Shown here piece by piece: positions 16,274 through 24,035 of a stretch of 32,000 bases of DNA; within the stretch, counting starts at the first letter, position 1, and the number at the start of each line of letters is the position of its first letter. Origin of the DNA: Nitratidesulfovibrio vulgaris str. Hildenborough (GTDB taxonomy: Bacteria > Desulfobacterota > Desulfovibrionia > Desulfovibrionales > Desulfovibrionaceae); contig NC_002937.3 in the NCBI RefSeq assembly GCF_000195755.1, positions 2,310,001 through 2,342,000 on the forward strand, given 5' to 3'. The notes under the pieces were generated by a model. It ran no database searches, had not been told where the DNA came from, and saw only the letters and a program-made list of their open reading frames with translations. Position numbers and translations under genes: made by a program.

Positions 16274-17251
16274 TTACGCCAGCCCGGAGAAGAACGACAC
16301 GGCCCGCGACTCTGCCCAGTACCTGTTGTGACGGTTCATGGAGACGAAGCCCACATGCCCCCCGTGCAGCGGCACTTCAAGCGTGAGTGCGTCGTTCGTT
16401 ACGGCCTCGTCCCACGGAAAGCACGAAGGCGAGAGGAACGGGTCGTCAAGGGCGTTCACCACCAGAGTGGGAACCCGGATGGCGGCAAGATGCGGCGCGC
16501 AGCTGGCCCGTGTCCAGTAGTCCAGCGCCGAAGAGAAACCGTGCAGCGGTGCGGTGAACCGTTCATCGAACTCGCGGAAGGTACGCATCGTCTCCAGTCC
16601 CGAAACATCGACCTCGCCGGGAAAACGTTGCGCCTTGAGGCGCATCTTCGGACGCAGCATCCGCATGAAATAGGCCATGTAGACGGCGTTCGATGGTCTG
16701 TCGAGCACCGCAGCCGCACCCACGAGGTCGCACGGCACCGAGAAGACCGCCGCCCCCGTCACCTGCGAAGGCACAGATGCCGCATCCTCGCCGAGGTACT
16801 TCAGCGTCTGGTTGCCGCCCATGCTGAAGCCCACCAGCACGACACGCCCATACCCCTGCGCAACGCACCACGCCACAGCCGCCGCGACGTCGATGGTCTG
16901 ACCGCTGTGGTACATGGGCAACAGACGGTTGTCCTCGCCGCCGCATCCCCTGAAGTTACGTGCTGCCACATCCCACCCGGATTCCAGCAGGGCACGGGCC
17001 ATACCCGTCATGTACTTGCGCCCGGTGTCGCCCTCGAGACCATGCGACACGATGGCGACACGGTCGCCACGTTGCCCGTCGGGACGCGCCGTGAGCGTAT
17101 CCAGATTGAAGAAATCGCCATCTTCCGTCTCGATGCGGATACGCCGGTACGAGACCTCGGGGTGAGGGCGGAAGAGTACGGGGAACATGGTCTGCACATG
17201 CGGATTGTGCAGCAGGGGCGGGCAACGGTAGGATGAGGGGAGAAGCGGCAT
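16274..17251 (-). CDS. Alpha/beta-fold hydrolase (YheT/ABHD-like)
   Basis: The ATG at 17251, after AGGAGG, gives 325 aa. HGLEGD, the nucleophile elbow GFSMGGN and the C-terminal GGHVGF are typical of the YheT subgroup. The upstream 104 codons of the ORF are not protein-like. Confidence 0.8.
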   Translation of the reverse strand: MPLLPSSYRCPPLLHNPHVQTMFPVLFRPHPEVSYRRIRIETEDGDFFNLDTLTARPDGQRGDRVAIVSHGLEGDTGRKYMTGMARALLESGWDVAARNFRGCGGEDNRLLPMYHSGQTIDVAAAVAWCVAQGYGRVVLVGFSMGGNQTLKYLGEDAASVPSQVTGAAVFSVPCDLVGAAAVLDRPSNAVYMAYFMRMLRPKMRLKAQRFPGEVDVSGLETMRTFREFDERFTAPLHGFSSALDYWTRASCAPHLAAIRVPTLVVNALDDPFLSPSCFPWDEAVTNDALTLEVPLHGGHVGFVSMNRHNRYWAESRAVSFFSGLA

Positions 17252-17595
17252 GGGGCCTCCTGCGAGCGAGATGAAAGCGATACGGCACCTCTTCCATACT
17301 GCCACGAAGGCGCGCACGAAGGTGCCCGGCGGGGAGATGTGCACGCCAAGCCCTACCCCGCCGCCGTCGGCGAAGCAAGTCTCCAACAGTGTCAGACACA
17401 TCTGCCGCGCTGCAGACACAGGACGCACACGACGCATGAAGGCGCACGTACTGCCCTGTACGCCGGGGCGTCCGGCTTCCATCCCGGTTCTTACCGCCCT
17501 CACGGCCCACACCGGCCCAGACAGGATACAGACAGGGTACGGCATAAGTGATGACAACCGCACCCTGCCGGGTTAGGTAGCCGCACGGAGAACGC

Positions 17596-18765
17596 ATGAC
17601 CCACAACACCGACATCATCATCCTCGGCGCGGGGGCCTCAGGCCTCATGTGCGCCATGACCGCCGCCACGCGTGGACACCGCGTCACCCTCGTCGACCAC
17701 GGCGGCAAGCCCGGACGCAAGATACTGGTGGCAGGCGGCGGCAAGTGCAATTTCACCAACACCGAGGTCGGCCCCGACGACTACGTGGGCCGCAACGCCG
17801 ATTTCTGCCGTTCGGCGCTTGCCCGCTTCTCGCCGTGGGAGATGGTCGCCCTTCTCGAAGAACATGGCGTACCGTGGGAAGAACGTGACCACGGGCAACT
17901 CTTCTGCCGACGTTCCGCAGCCGATGTGGTCGAGGTGCTCACCAGCCGCTGCCGAGACCTTGGCTGCCGCTTCGAGATGGGCCGCATGGTGACAGGCGCG
18001 CGCCGCGATGCAGATGGCTTCATCATCGACTGCGAAGGTACACGGCTTGCGGCGTCGCGTCTCGTGGTCGCCACAGGCAGCCCCGCATGGCCGCAAGTGG
18101 GCGCCAGCGACATCGGGCACCGCATCGCCCGCAGCTTCGGGCATCGCATCGAACCTGTCCGGCCCGTCCTCGTACCGCTGGTGATGCCCGAAGGCTGGCA
18201 GCTTGGCGGCTTGCAGGGCATCAGCCTCGAAGCGGGCATCTCTACGGGCGGTGTCACCTTCGTACGCGACCTGCTGTTCACCCACCGGGGCGTCAGCGGC
18301 CCCGCGGCGCTTCTGGCCTCGTGCCACTGGCTGCCCGGTATGTCGCTACAATTCGACTTCCTGCCCGGTGTGGACATCCCCGCACTGTGCGAAAGCCCCG
18401 ACCATCGCCGCCAGCTGGTACGCACCATGCTGACACGCCTGCTTCCTGAACGACTCGCCACGCGCCTCATCCCCGAGGACCTCGGTGGACGCAAGGCGGC
18501 TGAACTTTCACGCGCCGACCGCCAGCGCCTTGCAGATGCCGTAAGGTCGCATACCGTCGTCCCCACTGGCACGGAAGGGATGCGCAAGGCGGAAGCCGCC
18601 GCCGGAGGAGTGGATACGGGCGAGGTGTCGTCGCGCACCATGGAAAGCCTGAAGATGCCGGGACTCTTCTTCAGCGGAGAGGTGCTTGACGTGGCAGGGC
18701 ATCTCGGCGGCTACAACCTCCACTGGGCGTGGGCCAGCGGCAGGGCCGCAGGCGAGGCCATCTGA
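17596..18765 (+). CDS. HI0933/YhiN-type FAD-dependent oxidoreductase (BaiN/RdsA family)
   Basis: N-terminal Rossmann motif (DIIILGAGASGLMCA), GRKILVAGGGKCNFTN and C-terminal GGYNLHWAWASG. GGAG RBS 6 nt upstream. Confidence 0.85.
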   Translation: MTHNTDIIILGAGASGLMCAMTAATRGHRVTLVDHGGKPGRKILVAGGGKCNFTNTEVGPDDYVGRNADFCRSALARFSPWEMVALLEEHGVPWEERDHGQLFCRRSAADVVEVLTSRCRDLGCRFEMGRMVTGARRDADGFIIDCEGTRLAASRLVVATGSPAWPQVGASDIGHRIARSFGHRIEPVRPVLVPLVMPEGWQLGGLQGISLEAGISTGGVTFVRDLLFTHRGVSGPAALLASCHWLPGMSLQFDFLPGVDIPALCESPDHRRQLVRTMLTRLLPERLATRLIPEDLGGRKAAELSRADRQRLADAVRSHTVVPTGTEGMRKAEAAAGGVDTGEVSSRTMESLKMPGLFFSGEVLDVAGHLGGYNLHWAWASGRAAGEAI

Positions 18766-18873
18766 AGCCATCCCCCGTGGCGGGCTAGAGGACCTGCACC
18801 CGTCTTGGCGGACAAGGGCGTCCATGGTAGATGCATAGAAGAAATCTATTCATCAGACATGGAGTCATAGACG

Positions 18874-19197
18874 ATGCAGATACTGATCATCCTGTCGAGC
18901 AGCGACCCGGAAATCAAGTGGAACGCCGTTCGCTTCGGCAACGTCCTGCTGGGCGAAGGCGACGACGTGACCATCTTCCTCAACGGCCCTGCGGTCGACC
19001 TTGCCGCCGGTGACAGCGCCACCTTCCCCATCGCCGAACAGGCGAAGCTGTTCTCGCTCAGCGAAGGCGTTCTCGCCGCCTGAGGCAAGTGCATGGGCAT
19101 CCACGGTGTGGATGCGGAGACCTCGCTTGCCCCGCTTTCCAACATGAAGTTCCTCACCGAACAGGTTCGCAACGCGGACAGGATTCTCAACTTCTGA
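18874..19197 (+). CDS. DsrE/DsrF-like family protein with in-frame UGA (predicted selenocysteine, U-G-K-C motif), 107 aa
   Basis: The 69-aa ORF ends at the TGA at 19081-19083, but the same frame stays open for 37 more codons to the TGA at 19195-19197. Of these, 30 of 37 end in G/C (hand count). The joined protein ...SEGVLAA-U-GKCMGIHGV...FLTEQVRNADRILNF matches the DsrE-family layout, where homologs have ACGxC. A SECIS-like hairpin follows the UGA. Confidence 0.8.
19084..19131 (+). promoter_or_regulatory. Bacterial SECIS-like recoding stem-loop immediately 3' of the UGA
   Basis: Core 7-bp perfect stem: GCATCCA (19097-19103) pairs with TGGATGC (19109-19115). The apical loop is CGGUG and contains GU. 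An outer helix pairs GGCAAG (19084-19089) with CTTGCC (19126-19131). The apical loop lies 21-25 nt after the UGA. Confidence 0.6.
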
Positions 19198-19200
19198 TGC

Positions 19201-19236
19201 ATGCGGCCCAGCTGCGCCATCGCAACCGGGCCGCAT
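19201..19236. terminator. Hairpin between the convergent selenoprotein gene and cbiB (possible bidirectional terminator)
   Basis: ATGCGGCCC (19201-19209) pairs with GGGCCGCAT (19228-19236), with an 18-nt loop. There is no clear U-tract on either strand. Confidence 0.3.
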
Positions 19237-19255
19237 TGCCTACCATAGGCCCCGT

Positions 19256-20218
19256 TCACCACGGAACGCCGAAAATCCAGCCCGCCAGCAATGCTGCCAG
19301 CCACAGGGTCACCGCCCCGGCAAGCCCCGCCAGCCGAAGATGGCGCAGGAGTCCTTCGATACGCGGGCCGTCCCACTGTGTACCTGCGGGGCCGAGCAAG
19401 GGTTTCTCCTTAACCTTGCCGAAATAGACGGCACTGCCGCCCATATAGGCCCCGTGCAGCCATGCGGCAGCCGCCATGGGCCACCCGGCATTGGGACTTT
19501 CCATGCGCCGCGCATCGGACGCCACGCGCGGCAACCCGGGCCACTGCCCCGGAACCCCGGCGAAGGGGGCCGTCACCCACAGCAGCACCACGCAGCACCG
19601 CGCAGGCACCCATGCCAGCACGTCGTCGAGGCGGGCACAGGCCCATCCGAGACGTTCCCATCTCTCGGTGCGGTAGCCCCACATGGAGTCCATGGTGCTC
19701 ACGGTCTTGTAGCACCACAGCCCTACGGGGCCACCTGCCACCAACCACAGGAAAGGGGCCACGAAGCCGTCATTGAAGTTCTCGGCAAGGGTCTCGGCCA
19801 GTGCGCGACGCAGACCGTCACGGTCGAGGGCCGACGTATCGCGACTCACCAGCATGGCAAGCGCAGCGCGCCCCTCTTCAAGGCTTCCATGTTCGACGGC
19901 ATGCAGAGCCGCCCTGCCCTCACGCAGCAGGCATCCCAGCGCAAGGCCCGCATAGGCCAGCCACAGCGAGACGAGCGCACCCACCACGGGAAGTGCGCCT
20001 GCAAGGGTGACTACCACACCCGCGCATAGCACAGCCAGCACCGTGCATACCACCCCGGCGGGCCGTGTCGCACCAAGGGCCCTGCCCAGTCGCTCCAGCG
20101 GCCCTAGCAGATGTCCGATAGCCCTCACGGGGTGCGGCAGCCAGCGGGGGTCGCCCGCCAGCATGTCCAGAACGAACGCAATGGGCGGCAGCCACAGCAG
20201 GGTGTCGAAGCTTGTCAC
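19256..20218 (-). CDS. cbiB: Adenosylcobinamide-phosphate synthase
   Basis: LDMLAGDPRWLPHPVRAIG signature and multiple TM segments of CobD/CbiB. Start assigned to the GTG at 20218, which overlaps the trmL stop as GTGA and gives 320 aa. The upstream 137 codons of the ORF run antisense-free through trmL and are not protein-like. Confidence 0.85.
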   Translation of the reverse strand: MTSFDTLLWLPPIAFVLDMLAGDPRWLPHPVRAIGHLLGPLERLGRALGATRPAGVVCTVLAVLCAGVVVTLAGALPVVGALVSLWLAYAGLALGCLLREGRAALHAVEHGSLEEGRAALAMLVSRDTSALDRDGLRRALAETLAENFNDGFVAPFLWLVAGGPVGLWCYKTVSTMDSMWGYRTERWERLGWACARLDDVLAWVPARCCVVLLWVTAPFAGVPGQWPGLPRVASDARRMESPNAGWPMAAAAWLHGAYMGGSAVYFGKVKEKPLLGPAGTQWDGPRIEGLLRHLRLAGLAGAVTLWLAALLAGWIFGVPW

Positions 20219-20694
20219 GGCATGGTCTCCGGGGTGTGCTGGTCGAGTTCGCCTGTGGCGGCAAGGGCCTGATACAGCACCACGCCCGTAGCCGTGGAAA
20301 GATTGATGCTGCGCACCTCTCCCCATATGGGGATGCACACCCGGTGCGGGGTGAGGTCGAGCACCTCCTGCGGCAGCCCCGTCGTCTCCGGGCCGAAGAC
20401 GAGCATGTCGTCCGGGGCGTAGGTGAACCGATGCACGGCGGTACCCCCGCGGGCACTGGTGGTGACAAGGCGTCTGCCTTCGACCCCGCGCGAGAGAAAA
20501 TCCTCCCAAGAGGCCCAGACGGTGAGCGGCACATGCGGCCAGTAGTCGAGTCCCGCACGCTTGAGGTAGCGGTCGTCGAGACTGAAACCCAGTGGTTCGA
20601 TGAGATGCAGGCGGGTGCGCGTGGCGGCGCAAAGGCGCGCGACGTTCCCGGTGTTGGGCGGAATCTCGGGATGGTAGAGGACGATATGCATCAT
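20215..20694 (-). CDS. trmL: tRNA (cytidine/uridine-2'-O)-methyltransferase TrmL (SpoU/TrmH class)
   Basis: MHIVLYHPEIPPNTGNVARLCAA..., LVFGPETTGLP and SINLSTATGVVLY SPOUT motifs. ATGATG at 20694/20691, after AGGAG. Confidence 0.9.
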   Translation of the reverse strand: MMHIVLYHPEIPPNTGNVARLCAATRTRLHLIEPLGFSLDDRYLKRAGLDYWPHVPLTVWASWEDFLSRGVEGRRLVTTSARGGTAVHRFTYAPDDMLVFGPETTGLPQEVLDLTPHRVCIPIWGEVRSINLSTATGVVLYQALAATGELDQHTPETMP

Positions 20695-20750
20695 GGCTCC
20701 TGCGGCCGCCGGCTGCGGCGAGGGCACACTACCCCGAAGGCGTCTGGCGG

Positions 20751-20779
20751 AAAAGCCCCGGCATCGCCCATGCCGCGGC
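20751..20779 (-). terminator. Rho-independent terminator downstream of the GH3 gene
   Basis: Minus strand: GCCGCGGCAT-gggcg-ATGCCGGGGC (10-bp stem with one mismatch) followed by TTTTCC. It separates the GH3 operon from trmL-cbiB. Confidence 0.5.
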
Positions 20780-20936
20780 AAGGCAGAGGTACGGGGAACA
20801 CGCGAAGGCAGCGAGACAGGCGTGCTTCAGACTGCGTGGTACCGCCTCTGCGTTCCGCCTCGGATGCCAGCGTAGCCGCCTCCCGCACACGAAGCCCGTG
20901 AATGCAGTGACGTGCCTGCGCGAGCCGCCGCTGGGG

Positions 20937-22382
20937 TCACTGCCCGATGCCGATGCCAGTGCCGGTCCCGACGCCGATGCCGATGCCCGTACCGCGCCCG
21001 TAGCGCGCACCCTGTCTGTCGTCGAAGGGGTCGCGTTGCAGCGTGTCGCGGTCGCGGCACAACGGCTCATCGCCGCGCGGCATGGGCAGAGTGAGACGCA
21101 GGGGGCGCGGCGCGCCAGTCGGGTCGGGCACGGCAGGGACGGGGGCGATGGCAGTGCCTGAAGAATCTCCCTGCGCGATGGCGCCGGGTGATGCCACCGT
21201 AAGCACGGACTTGAGTCGCATGATACGTTCCCACGATTGCCGCAGCCTTTGTTCGGACACCTTGCCCTCACGCACGAGACGCACGAGCGTGGCATGGACC
21301 TTCTCGGCAAGCCCCTCGTCCCATACGAGATTGTTGCCGAAGAGCAGGATGTCGGCCCCAGCCTCCACGGCGAGACGCACGGTCTCGTCGAGGGAATAAC
21401 GGGCGGTGATGGCGCCCATCTGCAGGTCGTCCGTCACCACGACGCCCTTCCAGCCGAGGTCGCGCCGCAGCAGTCCGTCGATGGTGCGTTGTGACAGCGT
21501 GGCAGGATGCGCCGCATCGATGCGGTTGTTGTAGAGATGACCCACCATGACCATGCCCGCCCAGTCGTCGCGCAGGAGAAGGGCATAGGGGCCGAGTTCT
21601 TCGCGCCGCCATGTGGACGAGATGTCGGTGACGCCAAGATGCGAGTCCTGCAACGAACTGCCATGCCCCGGAAAATGCTTGAGAGAAGCCACAACACCGC
21701 GCCATGCCAGCCCGTTGACGAAAGCTGCGGCATGGGACGCCACGCGGCACGGGTCGCTGCCATAACTGCGTTCGAGGCGGGCTATGACAGGGTTCGACGG
21801 ATTGACGGCAAGGTCGACCACCGGCCCGAAATCCACGTTGAGTCCCACCTCCGCCATCTCCGTGGCGAGCGTGGACGCCATGCGACGCGTATCCTCCGGG
21901 CTGCCCTTGCCGAGAGACGCCGCAGAAGGATAGGCGAAGAACCCGTACTCGGGCTTCAGGCGTCGCACCCTTCCGCCCTCCTGGTCGACGGCGATGAACA
22001 GGGGAACCGGGGCCGCCGCCTGCAACGCCCCCGTCAGACGGCTCAACTGCTCTTTGGAGACGATGTTGCGCACCCGCACCGACGGGTCCATATCCCTGTC
22101 GAACAGGATGACGCCACCCACATGCCCTGCGGCGATGCTGCGAAGGATGGGGCCTGCATCCGCAGGTTCGGCCCCACGGAAGCCGAGCATGAGCATCTGT
22201 CCCGCCATGGCTTCGACCGTGGCGTTGGCAGAGGCGCATTGCGCAGAGGCCACGGTGAGGCACAACGCCAGCAGCACGGCGAATGTAGACGCCAGCCAGC
22301 GCAGACCACCTCTGTTGTGCCTCTGCGGTGAAAGCCCCCCACAGGGCGACGAACAGTAACCCGGCACCACAGGAACAGTCAT
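20937..22382 (-). CDS. Glycoside hydrolase family 3 (NagZ-like beta-N-acetylhexosaminidase) with signal peptide and C-terminal extension
   Basis: GH3 N-terminal domain motifs (FIAVDQEGGRVRRL, KHFPGHG, VVTDDLQMGA). N-terminal signal-like LRWLASTFAVLLALCLTVASAQCASA. The ATG at 22382 overlaps the upstream stop (TGATG). A ~110-aa Pro/Gly-rich tail ends GTGIGIGVGTGTGIGIGQ. Confidence 0.85.
   Translation of the reverse strand: MTVPVVPGYCSSPCGGLSPQRHNRGGLRWLASTFAVLLALCLTVASAQCASANATVEAMAGQMLMLGFRGAEPADAGPILRSIAAGHVGGVILFDRDMDPSVRVRNIVSKEQLSRLTGALQAAAPVPLFIAVDQEGGRVRRLKPEYGFFAYPSAASLGKGSPEDTRRMASTLATEMAEVGLNVDFGPVVDLAVNPSNPVIARLERSYGSDPCRVASHAAAFVNGLAWRGVVASLKHFPGHGSSLQDSHLGVTDISSTWRREELGPYALLLRDDWAGMVMVGHLYNNRIDAAHPATLSQRTIDGLLRRDLGWKGVVVTDDLQMGAITARYSLDETVRLAVEAGADILLFGNNLVWDEGLAEKVHATLVRLVREGKVSEQRLRQSWERIMRLKSVLTVASPGAIAQGDSSGTAIAPVPAVPDPTGAPRPLRLTLPMPRGDEPLCRDRDTLQRDPFDDRQGARYGRGTGIGIGVGTGTGIGIGQ
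20943..20993 (-). repeat. Hexanucleotide-periodic repeat (gccgat-like) encoding a Gly-X dipeptide tail
   Basis: The plus strand reads cccgatgccgatgccagtgccggtcccgacgccgatgccgatgcccgtacc. It translates on the minus strand to GRGTGIGIGVGTGTGIGIG at the extreme C-terminus of the GH3 protein. Confidence 0.7.
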
Positions 22383-24034
22383 CACGCCCCCAGAATGCCG
22401 GGACGCACCTGGCATTTCACGCGGATGTTGCGCCCCGCCGTGCCGTAGTCGTCCACCATGTTGAACGACGTGGCTTCCACCACCTCCACAGCCGCCTCGT
22501 CGTCATCCACCCCAAGCGAGGCGAGATGCTCAAGCAGCGCCTGCCCGGCATCACGTTTGGCGGCTTCGATGTCGTAGCGGGTCCCCACTTCGCGGCGCAC
22601 GTCGAGGGTTGGGATGAAGAGCACCCCCTTCTCGGTATCGGCGAAGAGTTCGAGTTCAGCCGTCGTGCGGGTCAGTGCGGCACCGATGGCATTGGCCACG
22701 GCGTATTGTTCCGGCACATCCACTCTGCGGCCCAGCGCGTCAGCCAGCAGGGGGCGCAGCACCTCGGCGGGGCCGCCCATGACATAGGCGCGCACGGGGT
22801 CGACCCGACGCCCCTGCAAGAGTTCCATGATGGTGTACACCGGGCGGGCGTTGATGGCGTCGACGAGTTCCGTCACTGCTTCCGCGATGCGGCGTACGGC
22901 GGTGGTCACGGCTTCGGACGCAAGACGTTCGGGGAACATGTCCCACAGTGCCGCCAGGTCACGGATGCCGCGCCGGGAAGCCTCCACCTCGCCCACGTGG
23001 GCCTTGCCCATGTAATTGAGCGCGTCGATGAGGGTCGGCTGCGTGCCGCCCAGTGCCATGCTGGGGCCCATGCGTTCGGGTCCCACACGCACCGCCCCGG
23101 CCTGCACATGAAGGCGCGAGTCGCCCCCCACACCGATGGAATGGGTGCGCAAGGCACGCACCAGCGTGGCGTAGCTGCCCACGTCGATGCCGTCGCGTTC
23201 GATGACCGGGGCGCCGGAGGCGAACACCGCGATGTCTGTGGTCGTGCCGCCCACGTCGAGGATGACGCAGTCCTCACGGATGTCGCACAGGGCCACGATG
23301 CCCATGACACTGGCGGCCGGGCCGGAGAGGATGGATTCGACAGGCACCTCGCGCGAGACGGCGAGAGGCATGGTGCCGCCATCGGCCTTGAGCACATGGA
23401 TGGGCGCGGCAAGCCCCATCTCACGCGCGGCGTTCTCGATGGCGTCCGCGAAGGCGTTGTACACCCGCCACACGGCGGAGTTGTAGTACGCCGTGGCCAC
23501 GCGGCGCGGAAAGTTGAGCTGCCCCGAAAGCCGGTGCCCCATGGAGACGAAGTCGCCGCACTCCATGAGCTTGCCCCCGATGGCCTGTTCGTGCGCGGGG
23601 TTGCGGGTGGAGAACTTGCCCACGGCTGCGTAGACGCGCACGCCTTCGCGACAGTAGCGACCCGCCACTGCGTCCAGCGAATCGGCGTCGATGCCGGCAA
23701 TCTCCACGCCGCGGTGGTCGATGGAACCGGGTACGGACTGGTAGAAGCGCCCCACGCGCACATGCTCCGGGTCGATGCCCGGCCCGCCAGCCACCACCAC
23801 GCCCACCTCTTCGGTGCGCCCCTCGACGATGGCGTTGGTGGAGAGGGTGGTGCTGAGATTGATGCGTGTCACGGCGGCAGGTTCCACCGTCTCCAGCAAT
23901 GTCCGCATGGCCTGCCGCACCGACGACAGCAGGTCGTGGTGGTCGGTGGGAACCTTGCAACTGCACACCACCCTGCGCCCGTCCATGACGACGGCGTCGG
24001 TGTGGGTGCCGCCCACGTCTATGCCGAGAAACAT
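22382..24034 (-). CDS. Hydantoinase/oxoprolinase (HyuA-like, ASKHA fold) family protein
   Basis: MFLGIDVGGTHTDAVV N-terminal phosphate-1 motif, and later ILDVGGTTTDIAV. The ATG at 24034, after GGGGAGG, lies directly after the pdxA stop (TAGCATG). 550 aa. Confidence 0.8.
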   Translation of the reverse strand: MFLGIDVGGTHTDAVVMDGRRVVCSCKVPTDHHDLLSSVRQAMRTLLETVEPAAVTRINLSTTLSTNAIVEGRTEEVGVVVAGGPGIDPEHVRVGRFYQSVPGSIDHRGVEIAGIDADSLDAVAGRYCREGVRVYAAVGKFSTRNPAHEQAIGGKLMECGDFVSMGHRLSGQLNFPRRVATAYYNSAVWRVYNAFADAIENAAREMGLAAPIHVLKADGGTMPLAVSREVPVESILSGPAASVMGIVALCDIREDCVILDVGGTTTDIAVFASGAPVIERDGIDVGSYATLVRALRTHSIGVGGDSRLHVQAGAVRVGPERMGPSMALGGTQPTLIDALNYMGKAHVGEVEASRRGIRDLAALWDMFPERLASEAVTTAVRRIAEAVTELVDAINARPVYTIMELLQGRRVDPVRAYVMGGPAEVLRPLLADALGRRVDVPEQYAVANAIGAALTRTTAELELFADTEKGVLFIPTLDVRREVGTRYDIEAAKRDAGQALLEHLASLGVDDDEAAVEVVEATSFNMVDDYGTAGRNIRVKCQVRPGILGA

Positions 24035-24035
24035 G

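Noticed and set aside
19089-19427. 112-aa + strand ORF starting just after the TGA of the DsrE-like ORF.
   Set aside because: It is in a different frame from the DsrE-like gene and runs antisense into cbiB. Its translation is not protein-like. Frame-0 read-through of the TGA (selenocysteine) explains this stretch far better.
20590-20600. ggttcga motif reminiscent of a tRNA T-arm.
   Set aside because: It lies inside the well-supported trmL coding sequence (LIEPLGF), and no cloverleaf can be built around it. I found no tRNA-like sequence elsewhere in the window.
20695-20936. Cobalamin riboswitch upstream of trmL-cbiB.
   Set aside because: I reverse-complemented the region and found no B12-box-like core or the characteristic conserved stems. 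Instead it holds a terminator for the upstream GH3 gene. A covariance-model scan would be needed for certainty.
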